Translations under genes and position numbers: made by a program
The notes under the pieces: model-generated
Databases searched by the model: none
The model's input: only the letters and a program-made list of their open reading frames with translations
What the model was told of the DNA's origin: nothing
Shown: one piece after another, positions 9,152 to 17,965 of the stretch
Position numbering within the stretch: position 1 is the stretch's first letter
How the letters are laid out: every line of letters starts with the position of its first letter
Source: an uncultured Actinomycetota bacterium
GTDB lineage: Bacteria > Actinomycetota > Actinomycetes > JAFAQI01
Assembly (NCBI GenBank): GCA_963770565.1
Contig: CAVYQE010000002.1
Span: forward strand, 736,001 to 800,000
Length of the DNA stretch: 64,000 nucleotides
Direction of reading: 5' to 3'

Positions 9152-9952
9152 ATGTCGCAGGAGCAGTCGCCGGCGGCCGGGCCGGACGCCCGGGCCGGTG
9201 CGCACAACTATCGCGCCTGGGTCGGACCGGCCGGGCGCTTCGACACCATCTCGGCGCAGCAGTTCGGTCTGCTCACCCTCGGCGGGCTCCGCGAGCATCA
9301 CACCTTGCTCGACATCGGGTGCGGGTCGCTTCGGGCCGGCCGGCTGTTCATCACCTACCTGCTGCCCGGCAACTACTACGGCATCGAGCCGGAGAAATGG
9401 GTGCTCGAGGAGGGCATCCGGGAGATGCTCGGCGAGCAGTTCATCGCGCTGCGCCGGCCGACCTTCAGCGACGACGCCAACTTCACCTTGACCTGTTTCG
9501 ACCGGCCGTTCGACTACCTGCTCGCCCAGTCGATCTTCTCCCACACCAGCCTCGAGCAGGTTCGTCGTTGCTTCGCCCAAGCGCGCGAGGTCGTCACGCC
9601 GACGTCGAAGTTCTTCGCGACGTACGTTCCCGGTGACTCCGACTACGAGGGAAGCGAGTGGGTCTATCCGGGGATCGTGCACTTCCGTACGTCGACCATG
9701 CGCAGCATCGCGGCGGAGTACGGCTTCACCATGAAGGCGCTCGAGTGGCCACACCCGTCACAGCAATGGGCGCTGTTCCGCCCCGCCGAGGCCGGCGACA
9801 AGCCGCTGCCACCTGCGCTGCGCGCCAACCGGAAGCGGATCGCCGAGCTCGAGAAGAAGCTCGCCGCGCGCGACGCCGAGTTGGCCGCCGTACGAACGCC
9901 GCTCAGCGTGCGCATCGCCCGACGGTGCCTTCGGCCATTCGTGCGCCGTTAG
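9152..9952 (+). CDS. Class I SAM-dependent methyltransferase
   Basis: LLDIGCGSLRAG motif I; FDYLLAQSIFSH. Confidence 0.85.
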   Translation: MSQEQSPAAGPDARAGAHNYRAWVGPAGRFDTISAQQFGLLTLGGLREHHTLLDIGCGSLRAGRLFITYLLPGNYYGIEPEKWVLEEGIREMLGEQFIALRRPTFSDDANFTLTCFDRPFDYLLAQSIFSHTSLEQVRRCFAQAREVVTPTSKFFATYVPGDSDYEGSEWVYPGIVHFRTSTMRSIAAEYGFTMKALEWPHPSQQWALFRPAEAGDKPLPPALRANRKRIAELEKKLAARDAELAAVRTPLSVRIARRCLRPFVRR

Positions 9953-9984
9953 CAGTGCCCCACTCGTAACGGCTCACAAATCGG

Positions 9985-11226
9985 TCAGGGCAGGCCCATC
10001 GTGGCGGCATGGGTTCCGACCAGCGAGTACGGCGGCAACAGATCGACGCCGTCCGGGGTGTGGAGGTAGCCAGGGCCGGTGCCCGGGTGGCCACGATGTC
10101 CGTACTGCCAGACGATCTTGTTGGTCCGCGGATCGATCACCAGCACACGGTCGTCGTAGTCGTCGTTGAGCAAGATGTCGCCGTTGGGGAGCGGCATGGC
10201 CAGCGACGGATGGTTCAAGGCGGCACCCGGATTCAGCGGCCGATACCGCCACAGCGCTTTGCCCTGCCGGTTGAACTCGACGATCTTGCCCGGGTTCGTG
10301 TAGCCGACGGTCAGGAATCGATTGGGGCCGATCTGGTTGCTGTCGGACGGATAGACGATGCCGGGTGGATGGACGGACCACTGCACCGTGCCGTTGAGTG
10401 AGAGGGCATCCACCCAGTCGTTGTTGATCTCGGTGACCAAGTAGTCGCCGTTTGTCATCGGGAAGGCGCCGTTCGGGCTGCCGAAGTCGTGCGGCGGACG
10501 GTGCACGCAGACGCCGGTCTTGCCGTACGTGCGCGACGGGTGGTCGGTGCCGGGTGGCACCACTAGCACCCGGCAGTTGCGGATGTCCGCCGACAGCAGG
10601 TCACCGTTCGGCAGGAGCATCGCGTCGTCCGGGTTGTGGACGAAGCCGGCGGCCCGACCAGGTACGCCGGGATGTCCATAGCGCCGGATGATCCGGTGCG
10701 TGACGGTGTCGATCACAGAGATCACCGAGTAGTCCTCCTCGGTCGCGACGATGTCGCGCCCGTTCGGACTGAAGAAGGCGTCGTCGGGCACCTTGAACTG
10801 CTGGTGCGGCGCAAGGTCGCCAGGCCGCGGGAACTGCCATCTCACCCGGCCCTGTGGATCGATCACCAGCAATCGGTTGTTTGCGCGGTCTGCGACGAGG
10901 ATCGGTCCCGGAAGTACCGCCGGATTCGACCCAGGCGCCAAGTGGCCCGGCCCGTGGGGTGGCGGCAGCGCGGCCGGGAGGAATTGAGGCGAAACCGACG
11001 GCACCCGGTCGGGCGCAGTCGCGACCGAGTGCCCCGCCGGGCCGTGCGTCGAGGCAGCACCCGGGGCGGTGCCGGCGCGATCCGGCGGCGCAGCTGCGCT
11101 TCCGACGTGGGTGACGACAACCACCACCGTGGTGATGGTCAGTCCGGTAATCGTGGCGGTGCTCGCCAGTCGACGACGACGCTTGATCGCGGCCGGGCGA
11201 CGACTCGGCTTGGGTGGGCTAGCCAC
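9985..11226 (-). CDS. Membrane-anchored NHL/PQQ-like beta-propeller protein
   Basis: N-terminal TM plus Pro-rich linker; repeated PDDA/PSDS/PNG..L blades and IVWQYG motif; start uncertain. Confidence 0.7.
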   Translation of the reverse strand: MASPPKPSRRPAAIKRRRRLASTATITGLTITTVVVVVTHVGSAAAPPDRAGTAPGAASTHGPAGHSVATAPDRVPSVSPQFLPAALPPPHGPGHLAPGSNPAVLPGPILVADRANNRLLVIDPQGRVRWQFPRPGDLAPHQQFKVPDDAFFSPNGRDIVATEEDYSVISVIDTVTHRIIRRYGHPGVPGRAAGFVHNPDDAMLLPNGDLLSADIRNCRVLVVPPGTDHPSRTYGKTGVCVHRPPHDFGSPNGAFPMTNGDYLVTEINNDWVDALSLNGTVQWSVHPPGIVYPSDSNQIGPNRFLTVGYTNPGKIVEFNRQGKALWRYRPLNPGAALNHPSLAMPLPNGDILLNDDYDDRVLVIDPRTNKIVWQYGHRGHPGTGPGYLHTPDGVDLLPPYSLVGTHAATMGLP

Positions 11227-12229
11227 CCTGACCACCGGAATCTCGCACCGCGACGGTCTGGACGGTGGCGAGCGCGTGCTGAGTCTCGCCGCCAATGACG
11301 TATGCGGTGTTTCCGGCCACGATGCTCGCCGCATCCGCCACCGGAGCGGGGAGCTTCGCCACCACTCGAACCCTGGATCGGGACGGGTTGAGCTCATCGA
11401 CCTCGCCGAGCACCTGCCCTCGGGGACCTCGGCCCCCGACGACGAACACTCGGCCGTCGATAACGACCGCGACCGCTTCCGACCGTGCGGCGGGGAGCCG
11501 CCCGACCACTTTGGCGGTCCCGGTCGTCGGATCGATTCGCTGGATGACCCTGGTCGGACGGGTGCCGTGCTCGCCCCCGAACACCCAGATCGATGACCCG
11601 AGCGCGGCAACGGCGGCGTACCGGACCGTGACCGGCAGCGTCGCGATCTTGGTGAACGTCGTCCCGTCGGTCGTCCGCAGAACGTCGGCGAGCGGGGTGA
11701 TACCGGTGTATCCGCCGAGCAAATAGACCGCGCCACCGAGCGTCACCGCGGACAGGTCGGATCGCGGCTGCGGAAGGTGTCCGACCACCGCTCCACGGTG
11801 GCTGCCGGCCCTGGCAATCGCCTGGACCGAGCTGGTGCTGGCCGCCGAGCCGCCGCCGAAGATCATCACCCGGCCCGAGATCACCGCTCCCGCGGCGTCG
11901 TGAAATGCCTGGGGGACAGTGCCGATCCTGCTGATCCGGCCGGTCGAGAGGTCGAGCCGGGACACCGCGTTCGTTGATGTGTCCGCGGGCGTCAGGCCGC
12001 CGGCAAGGATGGCGCCTGCCCCGTCTGGCACCACGATCAGCCGGGACAGCGGCGACGGCAGCCGCCAGGGCGCCCGCGCCGTCTGTACGACGAGCCGGTG
12101 GCTTGCCTTCGGGCTCGGTGGAGGCGACGAGGATGGCGGTACCGATGGCTTCGCGCCCGCCGACGAGCAGGCCACCGCCGCAACGAGGCAGGTCAGAACG
12201 ACAACCGGCCCACCGCGGCGGTCAGCCAT
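11219..12229 (-). CDS. Kelch-repeat lipoprotein
   Basis: Lipobox VAAVAC; repeated LP.PRS/A...V.hFGG/YhhGG Kelch units. Confidence 0.8.
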   Translation of the reverse strand: MADRRGGPVVVLTCLVAAVACSSAGAKPSVPPSSSPPPSPKASHRLVVQTARAPWRLPSPLSRLIVVPDGAGAILAGGLTPADTSTNAVSRLDLSTGRISRIGTVPQAFHDAAGAVISGRVMIFGGGSAASTSSVQAIARAGSHRGAVVGHLPQPRSDLSAVTLGGAVYLLGGYTGITPLADVLRTTDGTTFTKIATLPVTVRYAAVAALGSSIWVFGGEHGTRPTRVIQRIDPTTGTAKVVGRLPAARSEAVAVVIDGRVFVVGGRGPRGQVLGEVDELNPSRSRVRVVAKLPAPVADAASIVAGNTAYVIGGETQHALATVQTVAVRDSGGQGG

Positions 12230-13055
12230 CGGGCGTGAACCCGAAGTGGTGATGGTGGAAACGCTCGACCACGTGATTGGTCCAGCCGCCCGAGAAGTGC
12301 AGGACGAGCACACTCGTCAGTACGCCGAGCGCGAGCGTGACCGCGAGGGCAACGCCCCGCGCCGACGCTCCTGGCACATGTGCACCGTCCGACCCTTTGG
12401 CCAGCGCGACCTTGACGGCGGGGACCGTGCGGGCAAGGACGTGCAGCCCCATCACGACCAGCCACGCCGCGAACGACGCCTGGTGAATGGTCAACGCGTT
12501 GATCTGGAAGCCGGCGATCGAGACGATCGTCGTGAAGGTCGACTTGCCGAGGGCGATCAGCGCCAGACCACTGCCGAGGACGGCCAACCCGGTGAGGATG
12601 ACCAGCGGACCGAGCAACCGCAACGCGGTCGGGGGCGGCCCGGCCTGCCGGTAGTCGGAGGTGCCGAGGTAGTAACGCGCGATCCGCCAGCCGGTCGTGG
12701 CCGTCTTCAGGATGACCAGCGGGATCAGGAAGGCCCCGAGCAGGATGTGCGCGGTGATGAAGTGACCCACCGAGACCAACGTGAACGTCTCGGCCAAGAA
12801 CAGCGCGAGGAGGAGCAGGCCGGTCCAGGCGGTCAGGCGGGCATTGCCGGCCGGGCCACCGGTGGTCGCGAGGATCGGATCGTCGCGATGCGCGTTGCCG
12901 GCTGCCGTCGCGAGCAGCTCATTGAGGCTCGCAACCGCGCCACCATGGGCGGGCTGGCCGCCGGTCGACTCAGCCAACTCGGTTCGCTTCGTCCGCTTGG
13001 CGGGACGGGATCGCGCGCAGTGGCTCTTCCCTTTCCGCGATCCGTCGACGGGCAT
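12222..13055 (-). CDS. Uncharacterised 5-TM membrane protein with intramembrane His residues (cytochrome b-like)
   Basis: GGPAGNARLTAWTG, AHILLG, IHQASF, GLHV; C-terminal HHHH; true start probably downstream of the ORF start. Confidence 0.6.
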   Translation of the reverse strand: MPVDGSRKGKSHCARSRPAKRTKRTELAESTGGQPAHGGAVASLNELLATAAGNAHRDDPILATTGGPAGNARLTAWTGLLLLALFLAETFTLVSVGHFITAHILLGAFLIPLVILKTATTGWRIARYYLGTSDYRQAGPPPTALRLLGPLVILTGLAVLGSGLALIALGKSTFTTIVSIAGFQINALTIHQASFAAWLVVMGLHVLARTVPAVKVALAKGSDGAHVPGASARGVALAVTLALGVLTSVLVLHFSGGWTNHVVERFHHHHFGFTPDG

Positions 13056-13230
13056 CGGGCTACCCCGGCGACCGCCCTGATCACGGCCGCTTCCTCATCA
13101 GTGTCTGGGGACAACTTCTGAATCTGCGCTGAACGGAAGGGGCCCGCGAACTTATTGCGACCAGGACCGCCCCGCGACCTGTGGAGTTATCCACGGCGTT
13201 CGGGGGACAGCTTCTTGTCGTCGTTCCACC

Positions 13231-13818
13231 TCAAAGCATGGCCGAGATATAGAAACCTTGTGGCTCGCCGGAACCTCCGCTCGACCAAGTCTGGACGAGC
13301 ACGCTGTTCTTGTCAGACGTGAGGCAGGCGACTTCGCCGAGAGCAGCCTTGCGGCCGCACACTGCGACGGAGACAAGGCCCAGCGACTGACCCGCCTCGG
13401 CAACGTCATTGTGAAGGGTCGCCTCGATTGCCGCGTCGGCGACGCTCACCGGAAACGCCAACTGGTACTCACCGGTCGCCGCCTCAACCACCCGAATCCC
13501 GCCGGACTGGCTCACGATGGAGCCGCTCAGGTCCACCTGCGCCCACATCACCCGACCCTGAAACTGGCCTGGTGACTTACCACCGAAGTGCGTGGCGTTC
13601 GTTGCCCTTGGCACCGCGCCGAGGGTCGATTCCTTCACCTGTTTGCCGGTCACGGCGTTGAGCTTGAGGCGATTACCCGGGATCGAGTGGACGGCGATGG
13701 ACTTGCCGTTGATCAACGTCCTTGCTTCATGCGCGGCGGCAGGAATTGCCAGTCCGACGACGAGGCCGCCCGCTGCGACAAGCAGCAGCGCCGGTGCGGC
13801 CAGGCGATTGGTGCTCAT
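13231..13818 (-). CDS. Secreted hypothetical protein
   Basis: Signal peptide ending AAA; low-similarity body (I...SI.G..L...AVTG..VKESTLG.VP.A). Confidence 0.6.
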   Translation of the reverse strand: MSTNRLAAPALLLVAAGGLVVGLAIPAAAHEARTLINGKSIAVHSIPGNRLKLNAVTGKQVKESTLGAVPRATNATHFGGKSPGQFQGRVMWAQVDLSGSIVSQSGGIRVVEAATGEYQLAFPVSVADAAIEATLHNDVAEAGQSLGLVSVAVCGRKAALGEVACLTSDKNSVLVQTWSSGGSGEPQGFYISAML

Positions 13819-14141
13819 GAGACCTCCCGGGATCCCCCGGATGCGTTGACCGTACCGCCAGAACGCATCGGGAAACCCATGGTCGATGACAGCTTGTTTT
13901 CGTGCGGCGCGATAAGCCCTGCGTGTACGAACCGTCTGTACCAGCGCGGGCCTTGCGCACTACGATGCCCGCCGTTCAGCCTGACATGAATGCGGAGGAG
14001 GGCGGTACGTCGATCCAGGTCTCGAAGGTCGGACATCACGTGCGTCGAGTCCGCGATCTTGCAGGGCCCAAGTCGTAGCCGTCCCGCCAGCCGAGCACCC
14101 CGTCTGGAGGTTCAGATGCCTGATACCGAGGGCAACCGGCG

Positions 14142-14906
14142 ATGCGGCTGATCGGCCTCGTGCGCTACCCGGTCAAATCGCTGCAGGGCGAGGTCCTGTC
14201 CAGCGCGGAGATCGAGACCGACGGGCTACGCGGCGACCGGGGCTGGGGAATCCGCGACGAGACCACCGGAAAGATCCTCACCGCGCGCCGGGCGCCGCAA
14301 CTGCTATTTGCGGCGGCGACCCTTGCCGCCGACGGCGCGCCGGTGATCACCCTGCCGACCGGCGAAATGTGGCAAGGGCCTGGTGTCGAGACCGACGCGG
14401 CGCTGTCGGAGTGGCTCGGAAAGCCGGTCCGCCTCGTCAACTCGGTGGGCGCTTCGGCCGCGCAGGCCGAGTACTTTGCGGACGCGACCGACGACGCAAG
14501 CCAGGCCGTCGAATGGACGATGCCCGCAGGCCGCTTCGTCGACGCGCAGTCACTGCTCGTCCTGACCACGGCAAGCCTGCGCACCGCGACCGCCCTCTAC
14601 CCGGACGGCGACTGGCAGGTCCGCCGGTTCCGTCCGAACCTCCTGGTGGGCGTCGCGAGCGACGGGTGGCTCGAGGACACGTGGTGCGGCCGCTCCACCC
14701 TCCGGATCGGCGCTGTGGAGTTGTACGCCGAACAGCCGTGCATGCGCTGCACGATGGTCACCCGACCTCAGCCGGACCTCAACGAAGACCGGGAGATCTT
14801 CCGTACGCTCGCCCGCCACCACGGCGGGCAGTTGGGCGCCTGGACGGCGGTCGGCAGGGGCGGGACGGTCCGCGTCGGCGACGAGGTCCACGTTGTGCCG
14901 GGATAG
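14142..14906 (+). CDS. MOSC domain protein
   Basis: RYPVKSLQGE, GDRGW, RRFRPNL, PCMRC.M, G.VRVGD. Confidence 0.9.
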   Translation: MRLIGLVRYPVKSLQGEVLSSAEIETDGLRGDRGWGIRDETTGKILTARRAPQLLFAAATLAADGAPVITLPTGEMWQGPGVETDAALSEWLGKPVRLVNSVGASAAQAEYFADATDDASQAVEWTMPAGRFVDAQSLLVLTTASLRTATALYPDGDWQVRRFRPNLLVGVASDGWLEDTWCGRSTLRIGAVELYAEQPCMRCTMVTRPQPDLNEDREIFRTLARHHGGQLGAWTAVGRGGTVRVGDEVHVVPG

Positions 14907-15026
14907 TTCCGTGAGATCAACTGTCTGGGCGACCGCGACCGTCAAGCTGTACAGTCCCAAGCCCAGGGTCCGGTGTTGCGCCGCATCTGGTTGCAGCGTC
15001 CGCGGTCCGGCAGGGACGATACGAGC

Positions 15027-16580
15027 GTGAGCGATCCGCCGCGGATCCGGCTGGCCGAACTGGTGGCCGCGCTTTCTCTCGGAGTGGACCTTGGCTTCGG
15101 CCAGCCGATGGAGCACGTCCTGCGACAGTGCCTGATCGCGTTGCGGCTCGCCGAGTTGATCGGACTCGGCGAGGACCAGCGGTCGGTCGTTTACTACTCG
15201 GCCTTGCTGGTCAACGTGGGCTGCCACTCCGACGCGCACGAGCAGGCCAAGTGGTTCGGCGACGACATCGCGCTCAAGGCCGGAAAGTACGACCACGAGC
15301 TCGGCTCGGTGAGCGGTGCCCTGGCGATGTTGCGAATGCTCGGCGGTGGCAACCCGCCGCTGCATCGCTTCCGGGTCGGGATGGAGTTCGTGCTGTCGGG
15401 GCATCGCGAACTCGACGGCATGATCACCGCTCACGCCGCGCTGGCGAAGCAGCTCGCCGTCGAACTCGGCTTGCCTGAATCGGTGCAGCGAGCAGTCGCT
15501 GGGTCGTATGAGCAGTGGAACGGCAAGGGCTGGCCGGGTGAGCTGAGCGGCGACGCGATTCCCATCGCCTCGCGGGTCAGCCAGCTCGCCGAGTTCGTCG
15601 AGGTGGCGCACCGGGTGGGCGGCGTCGGCGCTGCCACCGAGCTAGCGACCAAGCGGGCCGGCACCCAGTTCGATCCCGAGCTTTCGCGCACCTTCGGTGA
15701 GCACGCCGAAGGCATCCTGGCCGACCTCGATGCCCACACCTGGGACACCGTGATCGGCGCCGAACCAGCGCTACTGGTCTGCCTCGACGCCGAGCAGTTC
15801 GAGACCGCTCTCGGCGCCATCGCAGACTTCGTCGACTTGAAGTCGCCGTACACACTTGGGCACGCCCGAGCCGTGGCCGCCCTTGCTGGTGAAGCAGCGA
15901 CGATCGCTGGCTTCAACTCGGACACTCGTGCGCTCGTCCGTCGCGCCGGCCTGGTGTGTGGTCTTGGCCGACTCGGGGTGTCGAACGCGATCTGGGACAA
16001 GCCTGGACAACTCGGCGCAGGCGAATGGGAGCGGGTCCGCATGCATCCGTACATCACGGAGCGGATGCTGCATCAGTCTGCGGCCCTCGCACCACTCGCC
16101 GAGGTCGCGGTCCAGTATCACGAGCGACTCGACGGCTCGGGCTACCCGCGTGGGCTGTCCGGTGGCGCCATCAGCCGACCGGCGCGGCTGCTCGCCGCCG
16201 CCGATGCCTATCAAGCGATGCGCGAACCTCGACCACACCGTCCCGCCATTTCAGGAGACGTTGCCGCCGCCGAGTTGCGGGCCGAGGTCAGGGCGGGCCG
16301 GATGGACAGTGATCTGGTCGAGTCGGTCCTTGCAGCCGCCGGTCATCGGGTACCGCGCCGCCGCGAGGGACCGGCCGGGCTCACTGCCCGCGAGCTCGAC
16401 GTCCTTCGGCTGTTGTCCCGCGGCTCGACCAGCAAGGAGATCGCGGCGCAGCTCGTCCTCGCGCCGAAGACGGTGCGCAATCACATCGAGCACATCTACG
16501 TGAAGATCGGCGCGACCAGTCGAGCGGCGGCCAGCTTGTTCGCGGTCCAGCACGGGTTGCTCGATTCAGAGTCAGCCTGA
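15027..16580 (+). CDS. Tandem HD-GYP-like domains fused to a LuxR HTH (transcriptional regulator)
   Basis: YEQWNGKGWP and HERLDGSGYPRG motifs; C-terminal LTARELDVL...KEIA..L....KTVRNHIEHIY.KIG. Confidence 0.9.
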   Translation: MSDPPRIRLAELVAALSLGVDLGFGQPMEHVLRQCLIALRLAELIGLGEDQRSVVYYSALLVNVGCHSDAHEQAKWFGDDIALKAGKYDHELGSVSGALAMLRMLGGGNPPLHRFRVGMEFVLSGHRELDGMITAHAALAKQLAVELGLPESVQRAVAGSYEQWNGKGWPGELSGDAIPIASRVSQLAEFVEVAHRVGGVGAATELATKRAGTQFDPELSRTFGEHAEGILADLDAHTWDTVIGAEPALLVCLDAEQFETALGAIADFVDLKSPYTLGHARAVAALAGEAATIAGFNSDTRALVRRAGLVCGLGRLGVSNAIWDKPGQLGAGEWERVRMHPYITERMLHQSAALAPLAEVAVQYHERLDGSGYPRGLSGGAISRPARLLAAADAYQAMREPRPHRPAISGDVAAAELRAEVRAGRMDSDLVESVLAAAGHRVPRRREGPAGLTARELDVLRLLSRGSTSKEIAAQLVLAPKTVRNHIEHIYVKIGATSRAAASLFAVQHGLLDSESA

Positions 16581-16666
16581 CCGATTCCGGTCGCCTCATT
16601 CGGGGGCCGATTCCTGCCGTCGGCACCCAAGTGATCGCGGCAGACCCGCGAGAAAGCCGGTAAAGA

Positions 16667-16682
16667 TGGGGCAATCGCCCCA
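16667..16682. promoter_or_regulatory. Palindrome TGGGGC-N4-GCCCCA, candidate operator of the HD-GYP/LuxR regulator
   Basis: Perfect 6-bp arms between the regulator and the methyltransferase gene; role inferred. Confidence 0.45.
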
Positions 16683-16746
16683 GGACACGGCTCCTCGACC
16701 GTCCGTAACGTCCCGGCAACAACCGACGAAACGGAGGGTACAGACC

Positions 16747-17373
16747 ATGGCGATCAGCCGGAAGTTCTTCGCCGCGACCTACGACAGGCAGACCAAAGGG
16801 CTCGAGCGTCACGGCCTCGCCGCCCTGCGGGAAGAGCTCATCAGCAAAGCACATGGCGACGTGCTCGAGGTAGGAGGCGGCACCGGAGCGAACCTGCCCT
16901 ACTACCAGGCGGCCAACATCCGCTCTCTGACGCTGACCGAGCCGGACCCGTCGATGTTGCGGCGGCTCGAGCGGCGGGCCGCCGCGGGAAACATCGATGC
17001 CATGGTGCTGCGCGCTCCCGCCGAAGACCTGCCGTTCGAGGACGACAGCTTCGACACTGTGGTCTCGACGCTCGTGTTGTGTGGAGTGGACGACCAGCCG
17101 CGAGCCGCGCGGGAGATTCGCAGAGTGCTCCGCGCCAACGGCCAGCTGATCCTCGTCGAGCACGTCCGCTCGCCCGACCCTGACCGCGCCCGTGGCCAAG
17201 ACCGGATGAACTGGCTCAACCGCATCGTCGTCCACTGCGACTGCAATCGGCCAACGCTCGAAACGCTGACCCGCTCCGGCTTTGACGTCGCCACAGTTCG
17301 TGACTGGCAACTTCCCAAGGTCCCGAAGTTCGTCCAGCCGGGCATCATCGGCGTTGCGACCCCGCGGTCCTAG
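16747..17373 (+). CDS. Class I SAM-dependent methyltransferase (METTL7-like)
   Basis: GGAGG RBS; VLEVGGGTGANL, AEDLPFEDDSFDTVV, RRVLR..G...EHV. Confidence 0.88.
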   Translation: MAISRKFFAATYDRQTKGLERHGLAALREELISKAHGDVLEVGGGTGANLPYYQAANIRSLTLTEPDPSMLRRLERRAAAGNIDAMVLRAPAEDLPFEDDSFDTVVSTLVLCGVDDQPRAAREIRRVLRANGQLILVEHVRSPDPDRARGQDRMNWLNRIVVHCDCNRPTLETLTRSGFDVATVRDWQLPKVPKFVQPGIIGVATPRS

Positions 17374-17424
17374 CGCCTCACCGAGACAGCCACCTCCACA
17401 CCATCGACACTGAGGAGCACAGCC

Positions 17425-17810
17425 ATGCCCAAGACCTCCAAGGACAGCGCCCCGGAACGCCGTGAGTCCGGACCGGCCATCGACCGCTTCGCCCACCTCG
17501 ACGACTACACGGTCAACTTCACGACGATCCTCGAGAACAGCTCGCTCGCACCTCTGCTCAAAGGTCTGCCCGACGACGCGTGCCAGTGCCCGCACTGGGG
17601 CTACGTACTCACCGGTGAAATGACGGTGACGTACACCGACGGCCGCGAAGAGACCTACGCCGCCGGTGACGCCTTCTACATGCCGCGGGGCACGCGCCGA
17701 GTGCCATCGCCGGCACCGACTTCGTCATGTACAGCCCCAAGGAGCAGCTGGCGATCACCGATGCGGCCATCTCCGCGAACATCCAGAAGATGACGGATGC
17801 GGCAACGTGA
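17425..17810 (+). pseudogene. Cupin-domain protein with a 1-nt frameshift near 17686
   Basis: KGLPDDACQCPHWGYV...GDAFYMP, then another frame continues GHAPSAIAGTDFVMYSPKEQL...ATstop at 17810. Confidence 0.7.
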
Positions 17811-17965
17811 CCGGGCCTTGACGGAGTCGAGCGCCGCTGAGATCGCGCGCCTGGCTGCTCACGAGCCGCGCCCCGATCGACGCGAGCCGCCTGTTTACAC
17901 CCGGCCCGAACCGTCGTCATCATCGCAATGAATCGGCGAGGTGCCGGGACAAGTAGGAGGAGACG

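Noticed and set aside
13860-14060. Short ORF MSDLRDLDRRT as a gene remnant
   Set aside because: Too short, with no continuing motif; cannot be supported
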